Shown here piece by piece: positions 24,745 through 32,259 of a DNA stretch of 43,002 bases. The DNA lies in NCBI GenBank assembly GCA_964408215.1, contig CAYOYQ010000002.1, positions 1 to 43,002 on the forward strand, written 5' to 3'. The DNA is from an uncultured Eubacteriales bacterium (GTDB lineage: Bacteria > Acidobacteriota > Aminicenantia > Aminicenantales > Saccharicenantaceae). The position numbers and the translations under genes are program-made. The stretch's first letter is position 1, and every line of letters begins with the position of its first letter. The notes beneath the pieces are model-generated. The model was not told where the DNA came from, did not search any database, and worked only from the letters and a program-made list of their open reading frames with translations.

Positions 24745-25353
24745 CTAGAGGGTAAATGAGCCTTCATCGGCAAAAGTATAGGAGTTCGGCTTTATCATCG
24801 ACCAATCCGGGTCGCCGACCGCGGGGATGTCCGAGGATTCATTGACGAGCCAATGTGTTATCCCGATGTTGTCGCTTCCGTAAAGAGTGATCGAGATCTC
24901 CGCTGTCGGCGTCGTGGAAGGTCCGGTGAAAGTCGTGATGACCGGTCTTTCGGTATCCGGCGGGAGAGTATAGACGACCGTGAAATTCTTGCTGTCACTG
25001 ATGCTGCCGTCGCCATCCTTGACCCAACCGTACAGCTTATACGTGCCCGGGCCCGGCAAACTGTAGTTATCAGGCGTAAAGGTCACCCAGTTCGGATCAG
25101 ATAAGGCGGGTATCGCCAGAGAGAGATTGATCAACCAGCCGGTCACGCCTTTGTCGTCACTCGCCGAAAAGGTGATGGAGATCGATCCTGATGTTGTGCT
25201 CGAAGGGCCGCTGAATTCGTGGATGACCGGCTTTTCATTGGCTGAAACCGAAGATTCGACACCGCATGCAGATAAGATGATCAACAAAGAAAGAACAAAG
25301 CCGTTCACCGAGATTCGTGCCCCGGAATATCCCGGACATTTTCGATCCTTCAT
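24745..25353 (-). CDS. Lipoprotein with two tandem Ig-like repeats; the N-terminal segment of the interrupted gene
   Basis: The lipobox is LIILSAC|G. Two repeats of about 93 aa are present (EKPVIHEFSGP... and ERPVITTFTGP...). The second repeat is cut by the TAG. The start is either ATG 25353 (GGAGG 6 nt upstream) or ATG 25359. Confidence 0.75.
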   Translation of the reverse strand: MKDRKCPGYSGARISVNGFVLSLLIILSACGVESSVSANEKPVIHEFSGPSSTTSGSISITFSASDDKGVTGWLINLSLAIPALSDPNWVTFTPDNYSLPGPGTYKLYGWVKDGDGSISDSKNFTVVYTLPPDTERPVITTFTGPSTTPTAEISITLYGSDNIGITHWLVNESSDIPAVGDPDWSMIKPNSYTFADEGSFTL

Positions 25354-25542
25354 GTCCATCCTCCGGCTCTTGCGCTCGGCCTGAGAACGCGGGCCGCGAC
25401 CTCGGAAGCAACCCGTCCCCCTCCCAAACAGAGAATATTCCGGCCGGGGATGGGAGCCCAGTACGTGGGATCCTGCGGCAGCAAGCTGCGAGCCTATTCC
25501 CCCGAAGGACGATTGAAGATCGCTCCCCGCCGGCCCTGAGCC

Positions 25543-25572
25543 TTGACGCCCCGGCCGTGGCGGCGTTAGAAT
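25543..25572 (+). promoter_or_regulatory. Candidate sigma70-type promoter
   Basis: The sequence is TTGACG (25543-25548), 18 nt, TAGAAT (25567-25572). It lies 40 nt upstream of ATG 25612. Confidence 0.4.
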
Positions 25573-25611
25573 CCGGTCCCGTCATCCTCGAGTTTTCCAC
25601 CGGAGGACCTC

Positions 25612-27435
25612 ATGCCTCACGACAAAGCCGTCCGTGCCCTGATCGTCGTCGCGATCCTGACCCTCGCCGCGGCCTCCGCCTCGGCTCCGGCCCAGGCCCG
25701 CCCGGCCTCTTCGCCCGCGTTTTCCATCACCGTATCCATGGAGCGGCCGACCTCGCACTACTATCACGTCGTCCTGCGCGCCGAGGGCCTCAAGGGCGAG
25801 CTCCAGGATTTCAAGCTCCCCGTCTGGACCCCGGGCTATTACAGCGTCAATAACTATTCGAAGAACGTCAAGGACTTCCGGGCCGAGGACGGGGCCGGCC
25901 GGGCGCTCGCGTGGGAGAAGACGTCGAAGAACGTCTGGCGGGTCCGCTCCGGCGGCGCCGCGGCCATCGTCGCGAGCTACGACGTCTACGCCTTCACCCG
26001 CTTCGTCGCCGACAGCTATCTCGGCGACGACGGCGGCTTCATCACCCCGGCCGGCGTGTTCATGCACGTCGCCGGGCATCTTAAAGACCCGGTGACCGTC
26101 ACGGTCCTGCCGTTCCCCGCGTGGGAAGACGTCTCGACGGGTCTCGAGCCCGTGGCCGGTCGCCCCAACACCTTCACCGCGCCCGACTTCGACACGCTCT
26201 ACGACTGCCCCATCCTCGTGGGCGACCTGGAGGTCCTGACCTTCGAGGCCGCGGGCCGGCCCCACACCGTCGCCGCCTACGACCTCGGCACCTTCGACCG
26301 GGCCAGGTTCACGGGCGATCTGGCCAAGATCGTCGAGGCCGCGGCGGCGCTCATGGGCGATCTCCCCTACCGCCATTACACCTTCCTCATCATCGGGCCC
26401 GGCGGCGGGGGGCTCGAGCACCTCAACTCGACCGCGGTCACGCTCAGTCCCGCCTCGCTCGCGGACGCGCGCGGCTACCAGGGCTGGCTGAGCTTCATCG
26501 CCCACGAGTATTTCCACCTCTTCAACGTCAAAGCCATCCGGCCCGTCGCCCTGGGCCCCTTCGACTACGACCGCGAGAACTACACCGACATGCTCTGGTT
26601 CTCCGAGGGCGTCACGGTCTATTACGAATATCTCCTCCTCAACCGGGCCGGCCTGATGACCCGCGACGAGGTCCTCGAGCGGCTCGGCCGGACGATCGCC
26701 ACCTACGAGAACGCCCCGGGCCGTCACCATCAGCCCGCGACGTTGTCGAGTCTCGACACCTGGACGTCGGGCTTCTTCGGCCGCAGCGAGCACGCCGCCA
26801 ACACGACCATCTCCTATTACGACATCGGCTGCGGCCTCGGGCTCCTGCTCGACCTCCGGATCCGCGACGCGTCCGGCGGCCGGGCTTCGCTCGACGACGT
26901 CATGCGGACGCTCTACCGCACGTTCTACAAGGAGAAGAAGCGCGGCTTCACCGACCGGGAGTTCCGCGATGTCTGCGAACGGACGGCCGGCGCCCCGCTT
27001 GGCGAGATCTTCGACGTCTACGCCCGGACCGTCGATCCCTGGGACTACGCGAAATATCTCGGACTTGCGGGCCTCTCGATCGACCTCGAGCCGCGGCCCG
27101 CGGCCGCCCCCTGGTTCGGGGCCGCGGCCCAAGACTCAAACGGCCGGGCGGTCGTCTCGACGATCGATGAGGGTTCCCCCGCCTCCCTGGCCGGCCTGAG
27201 CACCCAGGACGAGATCCTGGCCGTCGACGGCGTCCGCGTCGACGCCCGTTCGCTCCCCGGAGCGATCAGGGAGAAGAAGGCCGGCGACAAGGTCAAGGTC
27301 CTCTATGCGAGGCGCGGCGGCGTGCGCGAGGCCGAGGTCACGCTGGGAACGGAGTCCGAGGCGAGCTTCAAGATCTCCCCGAAAGCCGACCCGACGCCGT
27401 CACAAAAGGCCCTTCTCGAGGCCTGGCTCAAGTAA
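25612..27435 (+). CDS. Exported M61-family metallopeptidase (glycyl aminopeptidase-like) with a C-terminal PDZ domain
   Basis: A signal peptide is present. HEYFHLFNVK is the HExxH motif. The C-terminal PDZ-like region is GSPASLAGLSTQDEILAVDG. Confidence 0.8.
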   Translation: MPHDKAVRALIVVAILTLAAASASAPAQARPASSPAFSITVSMERPTSHYYHVVLRAEGLKGELQDFKLPVWTPGYYSVNNYSKNVKDFRAEDGAGRALAWEKTSKNVWRVRSGGAAAIVASYDVYAFTRFVADSYLGDDGGFITPAGVFMHVAGHLKDPVTVTVLPFPAWEDVSTGLEPVAGRPNTFTAPDFDTLYDCPILVGDLEVLTFEAAGRPHTVAAYDLGTFDRARFTGDLAKIVEAAAALMGDLPYRHYTFLIIGPGGGGLEHLNSTAVTLSPASLADARGYQGWLSFIAHEYFHLFNVKAIRPVALGPFDYDRENYTDMLWFSEGVTVYYEYLLLNRAGLMTRDEVLERLGRTIATYENAPGRHHQPATLSSLDTWTSGFFGRSEHAANTTISYYDIGCGLGLLLDLRIRDASGGRASLDDVMRTLYRTFYKEKKRGFTDREFRDVCERTAGAPLGEIFDVYARTVDPWDYAKYLGLAGLSIDLEPRPAAAPWFGAAAQDSNGRAVVSTIDEGSPASLAGLSTQDEILAVDGVRVDARSLPGAIREKKAGDKVKVLYARRGGVREAEVTLGTESEASFKISPKADPTPSQKALLEAWLK

Positions 27436-27565
27436 GGCCGCTATCGGTCTCTCTCCCTGAAAAATAAATCCCTACTTTTTTGCTAAGAAATGAAACCTTC
27501 CCGCTGCCGGCGACGTCTAAAGGTACGGAACAAGGGAAGAAACACAACGGAATGTGGAGGATATC

Positions 27566-27715
27566 ATGAAGATCGGAACCAAGCTCGGCATCTTCGTCCT
27601 GGCCGCCCTCCTGTCGCTCGCCGGATTCGGCGTCATCGCCAACGCCCTGTCGGTGGACCACATCCTGTCCGCCGCCACCCCGGCGACCCAGGTCGGGGTC
27701 ACCATCGTCGGCTAA
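27566..27715 (+). CDS. Small ORF (49 aa) with a signal peptide or single TM; absent from the ORF track
   Basis: GGAGG lies 5 nt upstream of the ATG. The product is MKIGTKLGIFVLAALLSLAGFGVIANALSVDHILSAATPATQVGVTIVG. About 46 of 48 codons after the ATG end in G or C, as in the neighbouring genes. An A/T-rich region lies upstream. Confidence 0.55.
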   Translation: MKIGTKLGIFVLAALLSLAGFGVIANALSVDHILSAATPATQVGVTIVG

Positions 27716-27751
27716 GTCCCGCCCCGGAAGATCCGGCCGGCGCGACAGGCC

Positions 27752-28513
27752 CTAGCGGCCCGGCGCGCCCGGCCGGCGAAGGACCACGAGCTCCTCGTCG
27801 CCGGCCGTCACCTCGTCGAAGAAAGCCTTGACGGCCTTGAACTGATCGACCGCGAAGGAGCTTTTCTTGACGACCAGGTCCCTCTGGACATGGAGCTTGC
27901 CGCCGTCCTCCCCGACACAGACCAACGAGAAGCCGAAGGCCTCGAGGTCCTTCTTGCGCGCCGGAGGGACCGTCTCGGCCGTCATCCCGGCGGGGAGCGT
28001 CACGACGATATCGTCGAACTCGCGGTGGGGATAAGGAAAGTAGACCGGGTGGGTCCGCTTGGCGTGCCGGAAGGGATGCCGCCGGCTCCCGAGAAGCGGC
28101 GAGACCGGCAGGATCGTCTTGTTTCCGGCCGGAGTGGCCAGCCCGTCGAGGACGATCTTGAAGTGGGCCACGACGCTGTCCGCGTTGTTATCGATATTCT
28201 CGAGCTCGGTCACGGTTACTTTCGCCCCGGCCGGCAGGAGCTCGGCCAGCTCATTCTCGAAGTCCTGCCGGACCTCGGTTTCGTCGTCCCCGATATGATC
28301 GACCCGCCGGACCAGGGCCTCCTGCCCCAGGAAGGTCACCGTGACCGTGCCCGCGAGCCCACCCTCGGCGAGATATCGGGACGCTACGCCGCCGGCCTTC
28401 TCGGCAATCCGATCCTCTGGCCCTACCGGGTCCACCTGGACTTCAGGAACGGCCGCCTCATCCTGGAAAAACGGTCTTGAAAACGCTCCGGCCCGCGTGT
28501 AGATTGGGGCCAT
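27752..28513 (-). CDS. DUF3858-like C-terminal domain protein, apparently a 5'-truncated remnant of a DUF3857/transglutaminase/DUF3858-type gene
   Basis: The C-terminal pattern RHPFRHAKRTHPVYFPYPHREFDDIVVTLPAGM...KLHVQRDLVVKKSSFAVDQFKAVKAFFDEV matches my recollection of DUF3858. The only ATG (28513) overlaps the divergent C69 start. The rest of track ORF 27752..28738 is antisense shadow. Confidence 0.45.
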   Translation of the reverse strand: MAPIYTRAGAFSRPFFQDEAAVPEVQVDPVGPEDRIAEKAGGVASRYLAEGGLAGTVTVTFLGQEALVRRVDHIGDDETEVRQDFENELAELLPAGAKVTVTELENIDNNADSVVAHFKIVLDGLATPAGNKTILPVSPLLGSRRHPFRHAKRTHPVYFPYPHREFDDIVVTLPAGMTAETVPPARKKDLEAFGFSLVCVGEDGGKLHVQRDLVVKKSSFAVDQFKAVKAFFDEVTAGDEELVVLRRPGAPGR

Positions 28514-30044
28514 GCGAAATCCGAAGATCCGGCCCTTCATCTCTTCGTCCATAGGCGCGGCCCTTATCCTGCTGGCGCTCTCCCCCGGTGCCCCGGCGAA
28601 CCCGCCAGCGCCGGCCGCCGCGTTCACGCCCTTCGACGACGGCGAGTGCTTCACCGTCCTCGTCGGCCGCGGCGCCAGCGCCGACGGCTCGGTCATCGTC
28701 GCCCACAACGAGGACGACCGGGGCGAGATCGTCGTCAACCTGCGAAAGATCGCCCCCCGCGACTACGGCGCGCCGCAGAAGGTCGACCTCGGCAACGGCG
28801 GGTCCTATGAGCCCGACGGCAAGACGGCCGGCTTCCTCTGGATCGAGGCCACGACCCAGGAGTTCGCCGACAGCTTCATCAACGAGCACGGCGTCCTCAT
28901 CACCTCCGACAGCTGCCCGTCGCGCGTCACGGCCGAGGATTATACGGACGGCGGCATCGGCTGGATGCTGCGCCGGCTCGTCGCCGAGAAAGCGACGTCG
29001 GCGCGGGAGGCGGTGCGCCTGGCCGGCGCCCTCGTCGAGAGATACGGCTACCGGGCCTCCGGCCGGACCTATTCGATCGCCGATAAGAACGAGGCCTGGA
29101 TGCTGGCGCTCCTGCGCGGCCGCCGCTGGTACGCCGAGCGCGTCCCCGACGGCGAGGTCGCCGTCATCCCCAACCATTTCACGATCCGTGAGATCCACCC
29201 CGACGATCCGGACCGCTTCATGGGCAGCCGCGACATCGTCGAATACGCCAAGGCCAACGGCTGGTACGACGAGGCCAAGGACGGCCCCTTCGACTTCAAG
29301 ACGGCGTTCGAGCGGCCCTCGACGCGCGAGCCGGCCGCCGACGGCAACGCCCTGCGCCACTGGCGCGGGTTGAGCCTTCTCACCGGGAAGACCTGGGAGC
29401 TCCGCCGCGACTATCCCTTCTCCGTCGTCCCGGCGGGGAAAGTCACTCCCGAGTCCCTGATAACCATCCTCCGGGACCATTACGAGGGCACGGAATACGA
29501 CGCGACCGACGGCTACAAAACGGGAACGCCCAACCGGACGAAGTTCCGGACGATTTGCACGGCCTCGACGATCAACGCGTTCGTCGTCTCGCTCGGCGGC
29601 AAGCGCCCGGCGCCCCTCTCCACGGCCATCTGGCTGGCCCTGGGCAAGCCCGACACGACCGTGTTCCTGCCGCTCTATTACGGCGTCGGGACCCTCCCCG
29701 CGGGCGCCGGCTTCGGCCCCGACACGCACGACTACGCCCGGATGTACCAGGAACACTTCAAGGACGAGGCGGTCAAGGCGGCCAAGGCGACCCTGCTCAA
29801 CACCAAGGTCCTCGAGCTCGAGAGAACGGCCGAAGCGAGCTTCGGACCGATGCACGCGAGACTCGTGAAGGAGCTCTTCCCGGCCGAGAAGGAATTCGTC
29901 GCCGGCCGGGCGAAGTTCGAGAAAGACTTCGCCAAGCTGTTCGCCAAGGACAAGAAGAAAGCCCAGAAGGCGCTCGACGATTACGTGGCCGCGGCGTTCG
30001 AAAAGGCCACCCTTCTCACCGAGAGGCTGGCGGCGGGCAAATAG
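28512..30044 (+). CDS. Exported C69-family dipeptidase
   Basis: A signal peptide is followed by DGEC|FTVLVGRGASADGSVIVAHNEDD, the Ntn-type Cys nucleophile context of peptidase C69. Confidence 0.8.
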   Translation: MRNPKIRPFISSSIGAALILLALSPGAPANPPAPAAAFTPFDDGECFTVLVGRGASADGSVIVAHNEDDRGEIVVNLRKIAPRDYGAPQKVDLGNGGSYEPDGKTAGFLWIEATTQEFADSFINEHGVLITSDSCPSRVTAEDYTDGGIGWMLRRLVAEKATSAREAVRLAGALVERYGYRASGRTYSIADKNEAWMLALLRGRRWYAERVPDGEVAVIPNHFTIREIHPDDPDRFMGSRDIVEYAKANGWYDEAKDGPFDFKTAFERPSTREPAADGNALRHWRGLSLLTGKTWELRRDYPFSVVPAGKVTPESLITILRDHYEGTEYDATDGYKTGTPNRTKFRTICTASTINAFVVSLGGKRPAPLSTAIWLALGKPDTTVFLPLYYGVGTLPAGAGFGPDTHDYARMYQEHFKDEAVKAAKATLLNTKVLELERTAEASFGPMHARLVKELFPAEKEFVAGRAKFEKDFAKLFAKDKKKAQKALDDYVAAAFEKATLLTERLAAGK

Positions 30045-30645
30045 CTCGGGTCCGGACCTTGAGGATGTAGAGGTTGTGGTAGCGGAGGAAGGTCTCGACC
30101 CGGACGAGCTCAAAGACCGAGCGGCCGATGATCTCCTCGACCTTTTCGCGGGGCAGGAAATGACGGTCCCCGTCTCGCGCCGGGTCCCGGTCCATGATGA
30201 CGACTGTCGCCCCCGGCTTGAGGGCCGGCTCGAGGTTGGCCAGAAGCTCGACGGGACGCGCGAGGTCGTGGAAGGCGTTGACCATGAAGACCATGTCCAA
30301 TGAGCCGGCGGGCAGGCGCGGGTCCTCGACGGTGCCCAGGACCGTCTCGATGTTGGCGATCTTCTCCGCGGCCGCGGTCCGCTCGATCGAGGCGAGGGCC
30401 GAGCTGTCGATATCGTTGGCGTAGACCTTTCCGGCCGCGCCGACACCTCGAGAGAGCCAGAACGTGAAATAGCCACGGCCCGCCCCGATCTCCCCGATGA
30501 CCATGCCGGGCTTGACGCCGGTCGCCTCCATGACCTTCTCCGGCTGTTCGATGCTGTCCCGCGAGGGGTTGCGATACTGGGCTTCGCCGGACGCGGCGAT
30601 GAGGACAAAGAGCAGGACCGGCCAAACGGCGCGTTTCTTGATCAT
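30016..30645 (-). CDS. Class I SAM-dependent methyltransferase with an N-terminal signal or anchor sequence
   Basis: The N-terminus is MIKKRAVWPVLLFVLIAASGEAQ. VIGEIGAGRGYF is the GxGxG SAM motif, followed by VYANDID and MVFMVNAFHDL. The RBS is GGGAGG. Confidence 0.8.
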   Translation of the reverse strand: MIKKRAVWPVLLFVLIAASGEAQYRNPSRDSIEQPEKVMEATGVKPGMVIGEIGAGRGYFTFWLSRGVGAAGKVYANDIDSSALASIERTAAAEKIANIETVLGTVEDPRLPAGSLDMVFMVNAFHDLARPVELLANLEPALKPGATVVIMDRDPARDGDRHFLPREKVEEIIGRSVFELVRVETFLRYHNLYILKVRTRAICPPPASR

Positions 30646-30766
30646 GGGTTCGCCTCCCGTCTATGACAGAAGCCAGCAACATTCATGCCAGGCGATTTAC
30701 CCTGGAAGGCGGCGCGTCCGCGTACATTTTCTTTACGCCGTTCGAGATGAACACGGCCAAGCAGGG

Positions 30767-31048
30767 TCAGGGCTTCTTTAGCGTCGGGTCGTGGGGACCG
30801 ACGACCCGGAGGATGATCTCGTGACTGCCCCCGTATTCGAAAGTGAACCTGATATCGCGGTCGACCCGGGCTTCGAAGATGGAGCCTGTGCCTTTGATCT
30901 TCTTTGTCCGTAGGGACGGATGCCGAGGGTCGGAGACCAACAGGCCGATCTGTTTTTTCAGCTTGTCCCGCGTTTCGGGATCGAGCTCAAGCGCGCTTTT
31001 TCTGAACCGCTCGGTCAGGGTCAGCCTGAGCGCTTCCTTCGATCTCAT
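30767..31048 (-). CDS. RelE/ParE-superfamily toxin
   Basis: The pattern is ...DPRHPSLRTKKIKGTGSIFEARVDRDIRFTFEY...ILRVVGPHD. The start is set at the internal ATG 31048. Confidence 0.7.
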   Translation of the reverse strand: MRSKEALRLTLTERFRKSALELDPETRDKLKKQIGLLVSDPRHPSLRTKKIKGTGSIFEARVDRDIRFTFEYGGSHEIILRVVGPHDPTLKKP

Positions 31049-31307
31049 GGAAGAGGTCCTCGACGGTTTCAAAGGTCCTGGTCCGGCCATCGGCGAGGTC
31101 CTTGTCGGCCTCGGCCTCGAGCTTCTGCCATCTCTCCTTCCAGAACCAAGCCTGATCGCGGTCGACGGTCTCCTGGGGGACGAGCACGATGGTCTCGTCG
31201 ATGATCTTGGCCATAATGACGCTCCCGTCTGTGATCCTCAGCTTCTTTCTCATAGATAAGGGCAGCGTGACCTGCCCTTTTTTTCTCACACTGATCAATT
31301 CTTCCAT
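30987..31307 (-). CDS. AbrB/MazE/SpoVT-type antitoxin
   Basis: ISVRKKGQVTLPLSMRKKLRITDGSVIM is a SpoVT/AbrB swapped-hairpin motif. It overlaps the toxin start by 62 nt. Confidence 0.7.
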   Translation of the reverse strand: MEELISVRKKGQVTLPLSMRKKLRITDGSVIMAKIIDETIVLVPQETVDRDQAWFWKERWQKLEAEADKDLADGRTRTFETVEDLFHEIEGSAQADPDRAVQKKRA

Positions 31308-31465
31308 GGTTTCCCTTAACAAAATCCATACATGATAGGAATATCTGATTTTCCGACTTTCTCATCAATGATAGAGGCTCACCCTCCCTCTGTCAAGTCC
31401 GGGTGCCTGTTTGACGAGCCTCGGCCCGGGCGATCAGGATCGTAACGTTGCGCCCTGAAATGGGA

Positions 31466-31873
31466 TTAAACGCGGGCGAGGAACATCTCCGGCGTGATGG
31501 CGGTCTCGGGGAATTTCTCGAGAAGCTCCTTGTCCGTGGTGACGAGGGGAACGCGTGCTCCTCTGGCCAAAACAACGTATTCGGCATCGTAGGCCGAACA
31601 GCCCATTCTCACCGCGATATCGAGAACGTCGCCCGACGCCATATGGTACTCACGTCCCGACATCAACGTCTCCGCCGCAGACATGATCTCGAACGCCTTG
31701 TCCTGTTCAAGGACGCCGCCCCGCAGGCATTTGACCAGGGCATTCCGGAACTCGCTCTTCCAGAGGATCGGCGAGGTCCAATAGGGGTCCCGGAGCAACA
31801 CCCGTCGGGCCGACGAACTCGATCCGCTCTCGACGAAGAGGTGGACGATGAGATTCGTATCGGCTACGATCAC
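31466..31873 (-). CDS. vapC: PIN-domain toxin VapC
   Basis: The pattern is (M)IVADTNLIVHL...YDAEYVVLA...LVTTDKEL. The GTG start overlaps the antitoxin stop (GTGA). Confidence 0.8.
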   Translation of the reverse strand: MIVADTNLIVHLFVESGSSSSARRVLLRDPYWTSPILWKSEFRNALVKCLRGGVLEQDKAFEIMSAAETLMSGREYHMASGDVLDIAVRMGCSAYDAEYVVLARGARVPLVTTDKELLEKFPETAITPEMFLARV

Positions 31874-32106
31874 AGCCGGCCTTCCCGCTTGGCCCTGCTG
31901 ATGAACTCGTCGGTCACAGGGCCCTTCGTGTGAGAACGGAGCTCATCCGCACGGGCCAGGAATTCCTCGACCGACACGCGCTGCGGAGTGACGACTTCCC
32001 CAAGAATGGCGATGATCTCGCTGTTGACGCTGCGCCGGTGCCGTTGGGCCCGCAGCTTGATCTTCTCGTAGATCGCGTCGGGGATGTTCTTAAGGGTGTA
32101 GTTCAT
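31870..32106 (-). CDS. vapB: RHH (Arc/MetJ/FitA-like) VapB antitoxin
   Basis: The N-terminus is MNYTLKNIPDAIYEKIKLRAQRHRRSVNSEIIAIL. The start is set at the internal ATG 32106. Confidence 0.65.
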   Translation of the reverse strand: MNYTLKNIPDAIYEKIKLRAQRHRRSVNSEIIAILGEVVTPQRVSVEEFLARADELRSHTKGPVTDEFISRAKREGRL

Positions 32107-32259
32107 GGGCGTATGCTCTTTGATCAGGCGGTCATATGGTTCCATTATGGTTCCTTTCCATCGAGAAGTCAAGGGCCCATCAATGACCGGGCTTTTCGAC
32201 TCTAATGACGTCTGTGAGGCAGGCTTTTTCTCAGCCCGGAAGCGCGGGGGGCGAACCCG

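Noticed and set aside
24745-24747. Genome-wide reassignment of TAG (an alternative genetic code) as the explanation for the in-frame stop.
   Set aside because: TAG terminates several well-delimited genes in the same window at family-typical lengths (fbp at 20897-20899, ndk at 37201-37203, the GyrI-like gene at 18970-18972). A local mutation, an error or local readthrough is more parsimonious.
23455-25611. A mobile genetic element or genomic island accounting for the low-GC patch.
   Set aside because: No integrase, transposase, tRNA target, terminal inverted repeats or flanking direct repeats were found. Only a shared 7-mer (CCTATTC) occurs at both edges, which is not significant. It is reported only as a compositional anomaly.
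27731-27776. A GC-rich inverted repeat after the small ORF, considered as an intrinsic terminator.
   Set aside because: The stem is imperfect (one extra C), no U-tract follows on either strand, and half of it lies inside the 3' end of the convergent DUF3858-like ORF. It is noted within the small-ORF finding but not annotated as a terminator.
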